64,000 bases of DNA from Synechococcus sp. (GCA_047285305.1 JBJBDL010000003.1:704001-768000); one strand, 5' to 3'. Counted from the stretch's first letter, positions 18,477 to 29,184 are shown. A program made the numbers and translations. The notes: a model not told the origin generated them from the letters alone.

Positions 18477-18913
18477 TGGGACGCTGGCTCGAACACACGG
18501 TCACCTCCGAGGTGCAGGCCCCGGCCGCCAAGGTCTGGGAGGTCTGGAGTGATCTCGAAGCGATGCCCCGTTGGATGCGCTGGATTGAGTCGGTTAAACC
18601 CCTCGACGACCCTGATCTCACCGATTGGACTTTGGCGGCACAGGGCTTTCGCTTCACCTGGAAGGCCCGGATCACCCAGCGCGTTGAAGCTCAACAACTG
18701 CACTGGGAATCAGTGGGTGGCCTGCCCACCAAGGGTGCTGTGCGCTTTTATCCCGAAGCCGACGACCGCACTGTGGTCAAGTTGAGCGTGACCTACGAAT
18801 TGCCGCGGGTCTTGGCACCGCTCATGGAACCCACCATCTTGGGGGGAATCGTGACCAAGGAGCTCCAGGCGAATCTTGACCGTTTCCGTGACCTGGTGGA
18901 AGCAGGCGGCTAA
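18476..18913 (+). CDS. SRPBCC/polyketide cyclase-like lipid-binding protein
   Basis: 'VWEVWSDLEAMPRWMRWIESV'; translationally coupled to crtQ. Confidence 0.85.
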   Translation: MGRWLEHTVTSEVQAPAAKVWEVWSDLEAMPRWMRWIESVKPLDDPDLTDWTLAAQGFRFTWKARITQRVEAQQLHWESVGGLPTKGAVRFYPEADDRTVVKLSVTYELPRVLAPLMEPTILGGIVTKELQANLDRFRDLVEAGG

Positions 18914-19383
18914 GCATTGGCTTGCTCCCTTTGCCGTGTAGGTGGTCGTGGGGGGCTGTGGTGGTGAAATGCCAACGGCTACGGCGCTGCCATCGGTTCC
19001 AGTGAAACTTGCGCCGCTGACGTTTCCGGCGGCGGCGCAGCTCCCGCCGATTAGCCTGACCCTCTGTTTTCGGCTGAGGAGGTGCAGCAGGCTGCCCTCG
19101 GGGACGGGCCGATCCCTTTGGTTCTCTTGTTGGTATGGAGGTTCAAGACCCCGCGACCGGCCTCACCCTGACCGGTGTGTTGTTGCTTGGAGATCAGAAA
19201 CAAGCCATGGTCATCACCCCCAGCGGCAACGGTGTGATCTGTGTGGGTGCAGATGGCCGCTGCGGCGAAGACGCTTCGCTGTTGCTTCCGACCGTATGGT
19301 CGGTGCTCAGCATCGACGTGGCGAGCGAGTGCATTCGCCTTGAGCTGAACGATGAGCCTCAGGATCCCTTCTGCATCGCTTGA
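18888..19383 (+). pseudogene. Disrupted lipoprotein, PilP/T2SS-C-like
   Basis: GTG 18888 lipoprotein-like leader ending VVVGGC with TAG at 18939; two apparent -1 frameshifts (~19061, ~19100) restore ...LFSAEEVQQAA..GRADPF...LTLTGVLLLGDQKQAMV. Confidence 0.6.
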
Positions 19384-20156
19384 GCGCATGCTTCGGCTAA
19401 GCCTTCGAGATCGTGGGGGTCGGCCTCAGCATCCACCCGGCCGAAGCATTGGCGGCAGCTGCGGCTGGTCTGGGGGCCGATTGAAACCACCTTCACCCCC
19501 TCCAACCGTTCAGCCCAGCCAGGGCCGAAGCGCTGTTCCAGCAGCTGCGCGGTGTGCTCCGCTGTCTTGCCGCTGCTGAAGGCGATGGCATCAACTTCAC
19601 CTCCCTCCAGGGCGGTCGCTGTTGGCTCCGGCATCGTGGCGGGGCAGCCGGACTCATAGGCCGCCACTTCCACCACCCGCACCCCGGCTTCACCGAAGGC
19701 GTCCGCCAACAGTGTGCGACCACCGCTCTGCACCCGTGGAAGGAGCATCTTGAGACCCCAGCCCGACACCGGGAAGTGATCGATCAAGCTGTCGGCGACG
19801 AAGCTCGGCGGCACGAAATCAGCGGCCGCCCCCAGGTCGTCCAGCACCTGCGCCGTTTTGCGGCCCACCGCCGCAATCTTGAGACTGCCGGGGCGCCTGG
19901 CCAGGCAACTGCCAAGGCGTTGCAGCCGCTGTTCCACGGCCTGCACTCCGTTGGCACTGGAGAACACCAGCCAGTGAAAGCTCTCCAAGTCCTCGAGGGC
20001 GTCATCCAGAGGACCCCAGTGGTCGGGTGGTCCGATCACCAGGGCAGGAAGATCCAGCACCGTTGCCCCCCGCTGCTCCAGCAGCTGGCGTGCGGCTCCC
20101 TGCTGGTCGGCCGCGCGGGTGACGACCACCGTTCGGCTTTGCAAGGGCTGGCTCAA
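19359..20156 (-). CDS. hemD: Uroporphyrinogen-III synthase
   Basis: 'VVVTRA', 'FSSANGV', 'AAVGRKTA', 'SIGPQTS'; TTG start coupled to upstream stop. Confidence 0.9.
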   Translation of the reverse strand: MSQPLQSRTVVVTRAADQQGAARQLLEQRGATVLDLPALVIGPPDHWGPLDDALEDLESFHWLVFSSANGVQAVEQRLQRLGSCLARRPGSLKIAAVGRKTAQVLDDLGAAADFVPPSFVADSLIDHFPVSGWGLKMLLPRVQSGGRTLLADAFGEAGVRVVEVAAYESGCPATMPEPTATALEGGEVDAIAFSSGKTAEHTAQLLEQRFGPGWAERLEGVKVVSIGPQTSRSCRQCFGRVDAEADPHDLEGLAEACAQAMQKGS

Positions 20157-21355
20157 GCGACAGCCTCCCCGTCCAGCTTCACCACCCCCTGTACCCTTTC
20201 GCGCAGCTGCCGAGCCGCGTCGGCGTTTCCCTGAGCCTGAAGCAGGTTGATGGCGCGGATGAAGCTGCTGCGAGCGGCGTCGATGTTGCCGCCCAACAAT
20301 TGGGCCACGGCATTGTTCTGATGGCACTCAGCATTGTTGGGATCCAGAGCAAGGGCGCGCCCGTAGGCCTCCAGTGCCGCGGCGAGGTCGCCGCGCCGCC
20401 GTTGCATCAGCCCAAGGTTGTACCAGGCGAGGGCCACTTCCGGCGCCCGCTGGGCGGCGGTTTGGGTGAGGCTGATCGCTTCTTCCAGGTTGCCCTGGTC
20501 CATCAGTCGAGCCGCCAGGTTGAGGCGGGCTCCAAGACTCACCCGTGTGTCCAGGGGCATCTCCAGGGCTTGCCTGTAGCAGGTCACCGCCTTGTCGGGA
20601 TCACAAGGGGTCAGGGCCAAGCCTAGGTACAGCAGCAGTTCATACCGTTCGACACCGGCTGAACCGCAATGCTTCAGGCCGTTTTCCAGCAAGGGAATGG
20701 CGTCGTCGTTCTTGCCCTCACTGATCAATAGCCCCCCGAGCTTGGCGCTGGCGTAGGGATCACCAGGACGCTCCTGCAGATCAGCTTCCATGGCCTGCCG
20801 CAGCCGATCGGCCTTGTCGCTGCCAGCCAGTAGTTCTGGTCGGTAGCCGTCATGGAGGATTGCCGGCTCACTGCAATCGGCGATGCGCCATTGGGGTTCG
20901 GTGTCCAGCAGGGTGCGAATGCTGTCGTCGATCATCGAGTGGTATCGCCGGCTCCACCGGATCGAGGGGTGGCGGCGGAACAGACGACTGACGCTGGAAT
21001 AGGGAGCCATGGCAGCCCCCACCTCGTAGCGCAGCAGGTTGATCACCAGCACATCAGGCTGGGCCATCAGGGCTTTGAGTGCGGGGATGGCCTCAGGACG
21101 AAGCTGCTCGTCCGCATCCAGCACCAGCACCCAGTCGCTGTTCAGAAACTCCAGGGCCTGATTGCGGGCTGGGGCGAAGTCACCCGGCCAGGGGATCTGC
21201 TCAACCCGGGCTCCAGCAGCCTCGGCGATGGCCACCGTCGCATCGGTGGAGCCCGTGTCCACCAACACCATCTCGTCGGCGAAGCCCTGCACGGAGCGCA
21301 GGCACGCCCCGAGACGCGCCTCTTCATCGCGCACGATCATCGAGAGGCTGAGCAT
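20153..21355 (-). CDS. GT2 glycosyltransferase with C-terminal TPRs
   Basis: 'SLSMIVRDE', 'DTGSTD', 'DFAPARN', 'LDADE'; TPR tail. Confidence 0.9.
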   Translation of the reverse strand: MLSLSMIVRDEEARLGACLRSVQGFADEMVLVDTGSTDATVAIAEAAGARVEQIPWPGDFAPARNQALEFLNSDWVLVLDADEQLRPEAIPALKALMAQPDVLVINLLRYEVGAAMAPYSSVSRLFRRHPSIRWSRRYHSMIDDSIRTLLDTEPQWRIADCSEPAILHDGYRPELLAGSDKADRLRQAMEADLQERPGDPYASAKLGGLLISEGKNDDAIPLLENGLKHCGSAGVERYELLLYLGLALTPCDPDKAVTCYRQALEMPLDTRVSLGARLNLAARLMDQGNLEEAISLTQTAAQRAPEVALAWYNLGLMQRRRGDLAAALEAYGRALALDPNNAECHQNNAVAQLLGGNIDAARSSFIRAINLLQAQGNADAARQLRERVQGVVKLDGEAVA

Positions 21356-21420
21356 GGCCGGCCGGCTTGAGATTGGCGCGAGGTTAAATGCGGTTGGCTA
21401 GTGCGGTTGGTTGGTGGTGG

Positions 21421-23037
21421 TCAGTCGGTGAACGCATCACTGTTGCCCGTCGGCGTCGCGTTGGGGAACAGCGCGGTGAGCACCTGGCGTTGGGCTTCCT
21501 GCATTTGGCCGGCGGAATAGGCGGCAGGGCAGCTGCTGGGCAGAAGGGGCTTCAGGCTGTCCCAGAGGTAAGGGCTGCCGTAGACCACGACCCCGGCCAG
21601 CCGGTTGAGGGCGATCAGTTGCTGGATCGCTGCGGCCCACGGTTCTTGGGCATCCCGTCCGGCGCGGAAGGGGTTGCCCCGCAGGAACAGCTGCAGCAGC
21701 ACCGCTCCATCGCCGAGCCGGTCCATCGCCAGGGGCGCGTCCGCTTGGCCGCTCCAGGGCGATAGCCCTTCGCCATGAAGCACGATCGAGCGAAATCCCT
21801 GTGCTTCAGGAGTGCGCAGGGCCGGGGACCAGCCGCTGAGGGCTGCTGCGCTGGGCACCATGGCATCCACTCGCACCAGGTTGATTCCTGCTTGTGGGAG
21901 AACCTCTACCTCGCCGACCGTGATGCTGTGACGCACCAGCTCAGCCTCAAGGTCTTGCTCGTCTGCGCTAACGATCGGACCTGAAGCTGTGCTGGTTGGG
22001 ATCGATGCCAGCGCATGGGCCCGGCGCTGCAGGCTTTCGTCCAACCTCCCGAGGCACAGCCTTCCACTGCTGAAACCGTCGCAGAGACCATCAATGGCGG
22101 CATCCGCATCCGCCGGCATCAGGATCAGGTCGGCCCCGGCTTCAAAGGCCAGCACAGCTGCTTCGGCGGCGCCGTACCGTGCGCTGATCGCTTCCATTAC
22201 TAGGGCATCGGTCACCACCAACCCGTTGAAGCCCATCTCCTGCCTCAGCAGATCGGTGAGCACGGCTTTGGAGAGGGTGGCGGGCTGCTGCGGCTCCAGT
22301 TTTGGCAGCACCAAGTGGGCCGTCATCACGCTCTCAATACCGGCGGCAATGGCGGCCTTAAAGGGCGGCAGTTCGATCTGTTCCAGCCGTTCGCGGCTGT
22401 GGGGCAGCACCGGCAGGTCCAGATGGGAGTCGCTGGCGGTGTCGCCGTGGCCGGGAAAGTGCTTGGCGCATCCGAGAACACCCGCTTGCTTCAGCCCCCG
22501 CTGGAACGCCACCGCAAGGGCGCTGGCAGTGTTGGGATCCTCGCCCCAGGCCCGCACATTGATCACAGGGTTGGCGGGGTTGTTGTTGACGTCGCACACC
22601 GGTCCCAGCACCCAGTTCAGGCCACAGCGGCGGGCCTGTCCGCCGGTGCAGCGGCCATAGCGCTCACTCAAATCCAAGGCCAGCTCCGGGTCCCGCTGGT
22701 GGAGTCGCCCGAGGGCTAAGGGCGGCACCAGCCAGCTGGCCCCTTCGAAGCGCTGACCCACGCCCTCTTCCACGTCTGCGCAGAACAGCAACCGTTGGTC
22801 ACTCCAGCCCTGCAGTTGCTGGGTGCGCTGCTGCAGCTCCACGGCGCTGCCCCCCAGCAGGATCACGCCGCCCACTCCTTCCTGCAGCAAACGTTGCAGT
22901 TCGCTGTTCGGAAGCTCCCACTGCGGGTAGTGACGCTGCTTGTCGCTCAGATGACCACTGGCCCGAAGCACCAGCAGTTCTGCCACTCGGCGTCGCAGGC
23001 TGTCTGCTCCTGGACTGTCAGTCGCCGGGCTGTTCAT
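21421..23037 (-). CDS. nagZ: GH3 beta-N-acetylhexosaminidase
   Basis: 'ADVEEG', '[14 protein letters not shown]', 'VTDALVM'. Confidence 0.85.
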   Translation of the reverse strand: MNSPATDSPGADSLRRRVAELLVLRASGHLSDKQRHYPQWELPNSELQRLLQEGVGGVILLGGSAVELQQRTQQLQGWSDQRLLFCADVEEGVGQRFEGASWLVPPLALGRLHQRDPELALDLSERYGRCTGGQARRCGLNWVLGPVCDVNNNPANPVINVRAWGEDPNTASALAVAFQRGLKQAGVLGCAKHFPGHGDTASDSHLDLPVLPHSRERLEQIELPPFKAAIAAGIESVMTAHLVLPKLEPQQPATLSKAVLTDLLRQEMGFNGLVVTDALVMEAISARYGAAEAAVLAFEAGADLILMPADADAAIDGLCDGFSSGRLCLGRLDESLQRRAHALASIPTSTASGPIVSADEQDLEAELVRHSITVGEVEVLPQAGINLVRVDAMVPSAAALSGWSPALRTPEAQGFRSIVLHGEGLSPWSGQADAPLAMDRLGDGAVLLQLFLRGNPFRAGRDAQEPWAAAIQQLIALNRLAGVVVYGSPYLWDSLKPLLPSSCPAAYSAGQMQEAQRQVLTALFPNATPTGNSDAFTD

Positions 23038-23422
23038 CACTGCCCGGTGGAATGTCGCCCCGCTGCTGACGTTCGTCTTCGAGGCGATTCAGCAAGCCCA
23101 ACACGGAGGTGCCGCGCTCCAGCCCCCGATCCAGTTGAAACACCACTTCAGGAGCGCGCCTCATTTGCAGCCGTCGCCCCAGTTCTCCCCGGAGGAAGCC
23201 GCTGGCAGCCTGCAGCCCCTCGAGCACCTGTTCGCGCTCCTGGGTTTCCCCAAACACGCTCACGAATATCTTGCAGTGCTGCAGATCGCCGGAGACCTCC
23301 ACTTCGGTGATGCTCACCATGCCTTGGTGCACCCGTTCATCACGGATGCCGTTGATCATCAGTTCGCTGACTTCTTTGCGGATCAGGGCGGCCACCCTCT
23401 CCACTCGACGCCCCTGTGCCAT
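23018..23422 (-). CDS. rbfA: Ribosome-binding factor A
   Basis: '[15 protein letters not shown]', '[13 protein letters not shown]', 'RRAPEVVF'. Confidence 0.95.
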   Translation of the reverse strand: MAQGRRVERVAALIRKEVSELMINGIRDERVHQGMVSITEVEVSGDLQHCKIFVSVFGETQEREQVLEGLQAASGFLRGELGRRLQMRRAPEVVFQLDRGLERGTSVLGLLNRLEDERQQRGDIPPGSDEQPGD

Positions 23423-23628
23423 CACGCCAACGGTGCTGAATTCACCATGGCACGCAGTACCAAGGTGAGGCTGATTCCACCACTGATCAAGGCGCCGATC
23501 AAGGCCACGGCCGTGACAGGATTGCTCCGGCGCGCGGCCAGGGGTTCGGCGACGGAGTTCATCACCCCGAGGGTGAAGGCGATCAAGTAGCGGGGGTATC
23601 GGGAGACGTTGAGGAAAAACTCCCGCAT
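23422..23628 (-). CDS. DUF751 family protein
   Basis: '[13 protein letters not shown]' signature; coupled to rbfA. Confidence 0.85.
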   Translation of the reverse strand: MREFFLNVSRYPRYLIAFTLGVMNSVAEPLAARRSNPVTAVALIGALISGGISLTLVLRAMVNSAPLA

Positions 23629-23687
23629 GGTTCTGGCGTGCTTGCAGATCTGCTGGCTACTCTGCCGGGCCCATGGCTGTTTTGGAC

Positions 23688-24413
23688 ATGTTGGAGCTGC
23701 ATCAATTCCGCCATTCCGCGTTTTGTCTCAAGGTGCGGATGGTGTTGCAGGCCAAGGGACTGAGTTTCCGCACCGTGGAGGTGCCCCCCGGTGTCGGCCA
23801 AGTTGCCGTGTTCCGGCTGTCCGGCCAACGGCAGGTCCCCGTGTTGGTGGATGGGGGTCATGTGATTGCCGACTCCAGCGCCATTGCACTGCATCTGGAT
23901 CAGCGGGAGCCATACCCTGCCCTGATTCCCGCCGATCCGCGCCAGGCCGCCCAGGTGCATCTGCTGGAGGACTGGGCCGATACCACCCTGGCCATGGCGG
24001 GCCGCTCCTCTCTGGTGCAGGCCGCGGCACTGGACTCCGAGCTTCGGGTCGCTCTGCTGCCCGACGATCTGCCCGACACCGTGCGTTCGGTGATGGGTGT
24101 GATCCCTGGCGGTTGGGTCAGCAACATCACTGAACTGGTCAACCAGAAGGAGCGCACCGAGCTGCTGGCCAGCCTGGAGCAGCTGGCCAGATCCGTGCAG
24201 ACCAGCCCTTGGTTGGTGGGCGACAGCATGACCCTGGCCGATATCGCCGTTGCGGCTCAGTTGTCGCTGCTTCGCTTCCCCTCCTCTGCGGGTTCGGCCC
24301 TGGCCGGCAAGGGCGTGCCTGGGCTGAGCGATCACCCCAAACTGCAGCCCCTGTTTCAGTGGCGCGACCAGATCGAACTCAAGTTGATGGAGCGGACCCT
24401 GGAAGAGGTGTGA
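23688..24413 (+). CDS. Glutathione S-transferase family protein
   Basis: 'SAFCLKVR', 'QVPVL', 'DSSAIA', 'TLADIAV'. Confidence 0.9.
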   Translation: MLELHQFRHSAFCLKVRMVLQAKGLSFRTVEVPPGVGQVAVFRLSGQRQVPVLVDGGHVIADSSAIALHLDQREPYPALIPADPRQAAQVHLLEDWADTTLAMAGRSSLVQAAALDSELRVALLPDDLPDTVRSVMGVIPGGWVSNITELVNQKERTELLASLEQLARSVQTSPWLVGDSMTLADIAVAAQLSLLRFPSSAGSALAGKGVPGLSDHPKLQPLFQWRDQIELKLMERTLEEV

Positions 24414-25056
24414 AGCGCAATTGGTAGTGGTGCTGGGCGATGGCTTGATCCCGCAGGCTCTCGCCCGGCGAGGCGTAGCGCCCTTGCCATTGCTCGGCGC
24501 AGATGTCCTCGCCGCAGCGGTTGTAGCGGCTCAGGGTTTCGATCCGGCTCAGCCGCGGCGGCCCGGGCGCATGCAGGATCTGCAGCACCAATTCATCGGC
24601 CAGGAAGGTGTCGGTGCTCGGACTCTCCTGGCGGCGTCCCGTCACTGTGGTCTCGAGATAGAGATCGCCTTTGAGTCGGGCAATCTGGCGGTTGGCGGAG
24701 TCGGGGTCTTCTTCCACCTTCAGCAGCTGCTCGCCAAGCAGGGCACGACCGATGCCCGTGGCGTTGAAGCCGCGATCGCCGACCAGTCGACCGCGCCGGT
24801 CGGCTTGAAATCGTGCTTGATGCAGCAGCGGTGGATCGTCTGGGGCATCGAGATCAATGCTCTCCACTTGCCACTGCCCGGCAAACCAGTCGGGGTAAAT
24901 CAGGTCGTCCCGATTTGAGGGCCGCGGCAATGGTGCCGGGAGGCTCCAGTCGGGCCAGCTGTTCAACCGCTGCTCAAGACCTGTCTGGGCCCAGGCGGGG
25001 CCGCCACTGATCAGGATGGTGAGGCTGATCAGCAGAATCCACAATCGCCGTTCCAT
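24379..25056 (-). CDS. Secreted conserved cyanobacterial hypothetical protein (DUF6816-like)
   Basis: Signal peptide; 'DLIYPDWFAGQW', 'DPDSANRQ'. Confidence 0.7.
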   Translation of the reverse strand: MERRLWILLISLTILISGGPAWAQTGLEQRLNSWPDWSLPAPLPRPSNRDDLIYPDWFAGQWQVESIDLDAPDDPPLLHQARFQADRRGRLVGDRGFNATGIGRALLGEQLLKVEEDPDSANRQIARLKGDLYLETTVTGRRQESPSTDTFLADELVLQILHAPGPPRLSRIETLSRYNRCGEDICAEQWQGRYASPGESLRDQAIAQHHYQLRFTPLPGSAPST

Positions 25057-25318
25057 GTCTGATCCCCTGATCCGTGCCCTTGATGACTATGTGGTGCTGG
25101 AGCCCGGCAAGCCGGAGCAGTTGCTCAGCGCTGCTGAAACGTTGACATGGCTGAGCGGTTGGTTGCGCAGCCTCGATCAGTTGCCGGCCGATCTGGAAGA
25201 TCAACCAGATGTCGACTCAGCGGCGCAGCGGTTGATCGATACGGCCTGTGATCTGGAAATCAGCCCTGGGGTGACCTTGCAGTGGTTTGCGGTGCGGTTG
25301 GAGCCGCCCACCGCTTGA
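25055..25318 (+). CDS. crr7: Chlororespiratory reduction protein 7 (NDH assembly)
   Basis: 'DYVVLEPG..EQLL', 'LEISPG..LQWFAVRLE'. Confidence 0.85.
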   Translation: MSDPLIRALDDYVVLEPGKPEQLLSAAETLTWLSGWLRSLDQLPADLEDQPDVDSAAQRLIDTACDLEISPGVTLQWFAVRLEPPTA

Positions 25319-25321
25319 GAT

Positions 25322-25897
25322 TCAGTCTGTTCGGCGTTGGGTCGGATCCTTCAGCAGGCTTGGCAACAGTTGCAGGATTCCGTCGGCCACGGCCTCTGGG
25401 GTCTCGTCGTTGATCACCACCGTCAGATCGGCCTCGGCGTAGAGGGGACGACGCTCGTTCAACAGCGCGTTCAGAGCCGTCTCTGGATCGGTAGTTTGCA
25501 GTAAAGGGCGCACGGTGCTGTCGGCGTTCAGCCGCTGCAGCAACTGATCGGGCACCACATCGAGCCAAATCACGATACCGCTGTGCAGCATTCCCCAGTT
25601 CTCCGGCTGGGTCACCACACCGCCACCTGTGGCCACTACAAGCGAGTGACGCTGACTGATCGCACTGAGCACCTGGCTTTCCAGGCTGCGGAAGCCCGCT
25701 TCGCCATCCCGATCAAAGATTTCCGGGATGCTGACGCCCGCCGCCTGTTCGATCACGGCATCGGCATCCACAAAGCCGTAGCCCAGGCGTTCGGCCAGGG
25801 GGCGGCCCGTGCTCGTCTTGCCGCTGCCCATCATTCCCACCAGATAGAGGCTGCGCCCGGCAAGACGCTGCTTAAGGGTGGGGGTGGAATCCGCCAT
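25322..25897 (-). CDS. aroK: Shikimate kinase
   Basis: 'GMMGSGKTS', 'ATGGG', 'RPLL'. Confidence 0.95.
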   Translation of the reverse strand: MADSTPTLKQRLAGRSLYLVGMMGSGKTSTGRPLAERLGYGFVDADAVIEQAAGVSIPEIFDRDGEAGFRSLESQVLSAISQRHSLVVATGGGVVTQPENWGMLHSGIVIWLDVVPDQLLQRLNADSTVRPLLQTTDPETALNALLNERRPLYAEADLTVVINDETPEAVADGILQLLPSLLKDPTQRRTD

Positions 25898-25948
25898 GAC
25901 TCGGAAACGTCAATAGCTCATTAGGATGCCTCGCGGCCGGAACGTCAC

Positions 25949-26869
25949 ATGACTGAAACGAAGTCACCAGCACGGCACGGCCAAGGTCGTGGTTGTGTCA
26001 TCACCAGGAGGGCCTGTTTCAGTGCCAGCCATCGCTATTGGCTGCCAGAACTGTCTGCGGATGACAATGCCGCACGTTTCGGGCCCTGCGCTTTGGCTCC
26101 TGGCCACGGGCACAACTACGAGCTGATTGTCTCCATGGCTGGCGGTCTGGACGCCCACGGCATGGTGCTCAACCTCTCGGAGGTGAAGCACGCCATCCGC
26201 AACGAGGTGACTGGCCACCTCGATTTCCGCTTCCTCAATGAGGCCTGGCCGGAATTTGACGTTGCTACCCCTGAAGGGTGCCTCCCCACCACCGAGGCCC
26301 TGGTGCGGGTGATCTGGCAGCGCCTCAGCCCGCATCTGCCGATCACGGCGCTGCGCCTCTACGAACAACCGGGCCTTTGGGCCGACTATCTCGGACATCC
26401 CATGGACGCCTTCCTCACCATCCGCACCCACTTCGCCGCCGCTCACCGACTCGCCCGCCCGGAACTCAGTCAGGAAGAGAACGAAGCGATCTACGGCAAG
26501 TGCGCACGTCCCCATGGCCATGGCCACAACTACCTGGTGGACGTGACCGTGCGCGGTGAGATCGATCCCCGCACCGGCATGGTCTGCGACCTGTCTGCCT
26601 TGCAGCGCCTGGTGGATGATCTGGTGGTCGAGCCTTTTGACCACACTTTCCTCAACAAGGACGTGCCCTTCTTCGAGGAGTGTGTGCCCACGGCTGAGAA
26701 CATTGCACTGCACATCGCTGATCGTCTTTCCAGCCCGATCAAGGCCATCGGCGCCAGCTTGCACAAGGTGCGACTGCAGGAGAGCCCGAATAATGCGGCC
26801 GAGGTTTACGCCGAAGCACCGCAACTGGAGATGTCCCCAGCTGCTCTTGATGCAGTGGCAGCCGTCTGA
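25949..26869 (+). CDS. Dual-domain 6-pyruvoyl-tetrahydropterin synthase / QueD family
   Basis: Two PTPS domains: 'CALAPGHGHNY' and 'CARPHGHGHNY'; 'PTTE'/'PTAE'. Confidence 0.9.
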   Translation: MTETKSPARHGQGRGCVITRRACFSASHRYWLPELSADDNAARFGPCALAPGHGHNYELIVSMAGGLDAHGMVLNLSEVKHAIRNEVTGHLDFRFLNEAWPEFDVATPEGCLPTTEALVRVIWQRLSPHLPITALRLYEQPGLWADYLGHPMDAFLTIRTHFAAAHRLARPELSQEENEAIYGKCARPHGHGHNYLVDVTVRGEIDPRTGMVCDLSALQRLVDDLVVEPFDHTFLNKDVPFFEECVPTAENIALHIADRLSSPIKAIGASLHKVRLQESPNNAAEVYAEAPQLEMSPAALDAVAAV

Positions 26870-26880
26870 TCGACGGCTGG

Positions 26881-27558
26881 ATGCCCCAACGCCCCACTCC
26901 TTCACGTCCCTTCGTGCGCTTGGTGCTGGCCATCAGCCTTGATGGCCGTTTGGCGCCGCCGGTAGGGGGTGCTGCGCAGCTGGGGGGTGAGGGTGACCGT
27001 CGCGCCCTGGAGCATGCGCTCGCTTGGGGGGATGCCTGCTTGATCGGTGCCGGAACCCTGAGGGCCCATCAGTCCACCTGCTTGATCCGCAGCCCTCAGC
27101 TGCTTGAGCAACGCCGAAGCGAGGGGCGAGCCGAGCAGCCGGCCGCTGTGGTGGTGAGCCGATCGCCCGACTTTTCAAGCGCCTGGCGGTTTTTTGATCA
27201 GCCGCTTCAACGTTGGCTGCTGGCTCCTGAACCTGTGGATCAAGGTTTTGATCGTTGGTTCCCTATGGCTCCAACCTGGCCGGAGCGGCTCAAGGCGCTT
27301 GGAGCTGCTGGGATTCAGCGTCTGGTGCTTCTGGGTGGCGCCCAGCTCAGCGCCGATCTGCTGCAAGCCGATTGCGTCGATGCGCTCCAGCTCACCTTGG
27401 TGCCCCAGCTTCTGGGCGGCCGCTTCAGCTGGTTGCCTTGCACCGATTCGCCGTTGCCAGCTGCATTGGCGCAACCGGGTGCTTGGCAGTCCGATGGCGC
27501 TGAGGACCTCGGGGACGGTGAGTGGCTTGTTCGCTACCGACGGATCCGATCTGGTTAA
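26881..27558 (+). CDS. RibD C-terminal / DHFR-like reductase
   Basis: 'LAISLDGRLA', 'IGAGTLR', 'LLGGAQL...VDALQLTLVP'. Confidence 0.85.
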   Translation: MPQRPTPSRPFVRLVLAISLDGRLAPPVGGAAQLGGEGDRRALEHALAWGDACLIGAGTLRAHQSTCLIRSPQLLEQRRSEGRAEQPAAVVVSRSPDFSSAWRFFDQPLQRWLLAPEPVDQGFDRWFPMAPTWPERLKALGAAGIQRLVLLGGAQLSADLLQADCVDALQLTLVPQLLGGRFSWLPCTDSPLPAALAQPGAWQSDGAEDLGDGEWLVRYRRIRSG

Positions 27559-27591
27559 GGTCGTCGCACAAGGGCCTACGGCACCGTCGAC

Positions 27592-28767
27592 ATGACGTCA
27601 CTCACGGCTCGCTGGCATCGCTCCATCAATGAAATACCGGAGCAGCAGTGGAACAGCCTGGTTGGAGACGCCGCAATCCCCTTCTACTGCTGGAGTTGGC
27701 TGGAGGCTTTAGAAAGTTCCGGAAGCATCATTCCCGAGCAGGGCTGGCAGCCCCTGCATCTGGCCCTCTGGCGTGATGACATCCCGATTGCGGTGGCTCC
27801 GCTTTTCCTTAAGGGCCACAGCTATGGCGAGTTTGTGTTCGACCAGACCTTTGCCCGTCTGGCGGCGGATCTGGGGCTGCGCTACTACCCCAAGCTCCTG
27901 GGCATGAGTCCGGTCAGCCCAGTGCTGGGCTACCGCTTCCATGTGCGATCTGGAGAAGATGAAGCTCTGCTCACCCGGGAGTTGCTGCGGGCGATCGATC
28001 GCTTCTGCGAACAGAACGGCATCCTCAGCTGCAATTTCCTTTACGTGGATCCGCAGTGGCGGCCCCTGGCGGAGGCCGCCGGCTGTGCCGCCTGGCTGAA
28101 CCAGCAGAGCCTGTGGAGCCGCGGCGACGACCAGACGTTTGAGGATTACCTCAAGGGTTTCAATGCCAACCAGCGCCGCAACATCAAGCGGGAACGCAAG
28201 GCTGTGGCTAAGGCCGGGATCACCGTGACACCCCTCAGCGGCGATCAGCTGGATCTGCCGCTGTTGCAATTCATGCATCGTTTTTACGAGCAGCACTGTG
28301 CTCGCTGGGGACCGTGGGGCAGCAAGTATCTGGAGGAGCGTTTTTTTGAAGCGTTGGCACGGCTGCACCGCGATCAGCTGGTTCTTTTTTCTGCCCACCG
28401 AGGTGACCCTCGCGATCCGGTGGCGATGTCGATGTGCGTGCAGGACGGCCGACAGCTCTGGGGCCGCTACTGGGGGAGCCACGAGGAGATCGATTGTCTT
28501 CACTTCGAAGTCTGTTATTACGCTCCGATCGAATGGGCCCTGGCCAACGGCATCGTCAGCTTTGACCCTGGAGCCGGTGGCAGCCATAAACTCCGGCGAG
28601 GCTTTGTGGCCCGTCCCCACGCCAGCCTGCACCGCTGGTATCAGCCCCAGATGGATCAGTTGATCCGCACCTGGTTGCCCAAGGTGAATGGCTTGATGCT
28701 GGAGGAGATCGAGGCTATCAATGCGGAGCTGCCCTTCAAAGCAGAACCTCCGGCCTTGGCTTTGTAG
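27592..28767 (+). CDS. DUF482 FemAB-like GNAT family protein
   Basis: 'KGHSYGEFVFD', 'GRYWG', 'LHFEVCYY', 'GAGGSHK'. Confidence 0.9.
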   Translation: MTSLTARWHRSINEIPEQQWNSLVGDAAIPFYCWSWLEALESSGSIIPEQGWQPLHLALWRDDIPIAVAPLFLKGHSYGEFVFDQTFARLAADLGLRYYPKLLGMSPVSPVLGYRFHVRSGEDEALLTRELLRAIDRFCEQNGILSCNFLYVDPQWRPLAEAAGCAAWLNQQSLWSRGDDQTFEDYLKGFNANQRRNIKRERKAVAKAGITVTPLSGDQLDLPLLQFMHRFYEQHCARWGPWGSKYLEERFFEALARLHRDQLVLFSAHRGDPRDPVAMSMCVQDGRQLWGRYWGSHEEIDCLHFEVCYYAPIEWALANGIVSFDPGAGGSHKLRRGFVARPHASLHRWYQPQMDQLIRTWLPKVNGLMLEEIEAINAELPFKAEPPALAL

Positions 28768-28776
28768 GTTGAAGGC

Positions 28777-29184
28777 ATGACCACAACTCAGGAAGCACCG
28801 GCATCCACTGCTGCTGCGATGGATGCTCTTGATAAGCGCCTGTCCCAGCGATTCATCGCTCTAGATCCCAGTGGCTACTTCTTGATCAAACTGGATCGTG
28901 ATGCCGCTGAACTGGTGCTTGAGCACTACGGCAACACCATTGATGACAAGGGGTTGGCCCGAGATTCCGAGACTGGTGAGGTGTTGCGCTGCGACGGGGG
29001 CAATGCTCCTCGGCGCCCTTCAGCTATTTACCGCGGCAGTACGGCAAAACAGCTGGGCATCCAGCTCACGGAAGGGGAAGCCCCACACGCGGTAAGTCGC
29101 CTCGACCATGCCCTTTATTTAGGGCGGGAGTTACAGAAGGCTGAGCAGTGCCTGCGTGACGGCACGGTCTATGTGCAGGACTGA
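28777..29184 (+). CDS. DUF4346 domain protein
   Basis: 'LDPSGYFLI', 'SRLDHALYLGRELQKAE...YVQD'. Confidence 0.85.
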   Translation: MTTTQEAPASTAAAMDALDKRLSQRFIALDPSGYFLIKLDRDAAELVLEHYGNTIDDKGLARDSETGEVLRCDGGNAPRRPSAIYRGSTAKQLGIQLTEGEAPHAVSRLDHALYLGRELQKAEQCLRDGTVYVQD

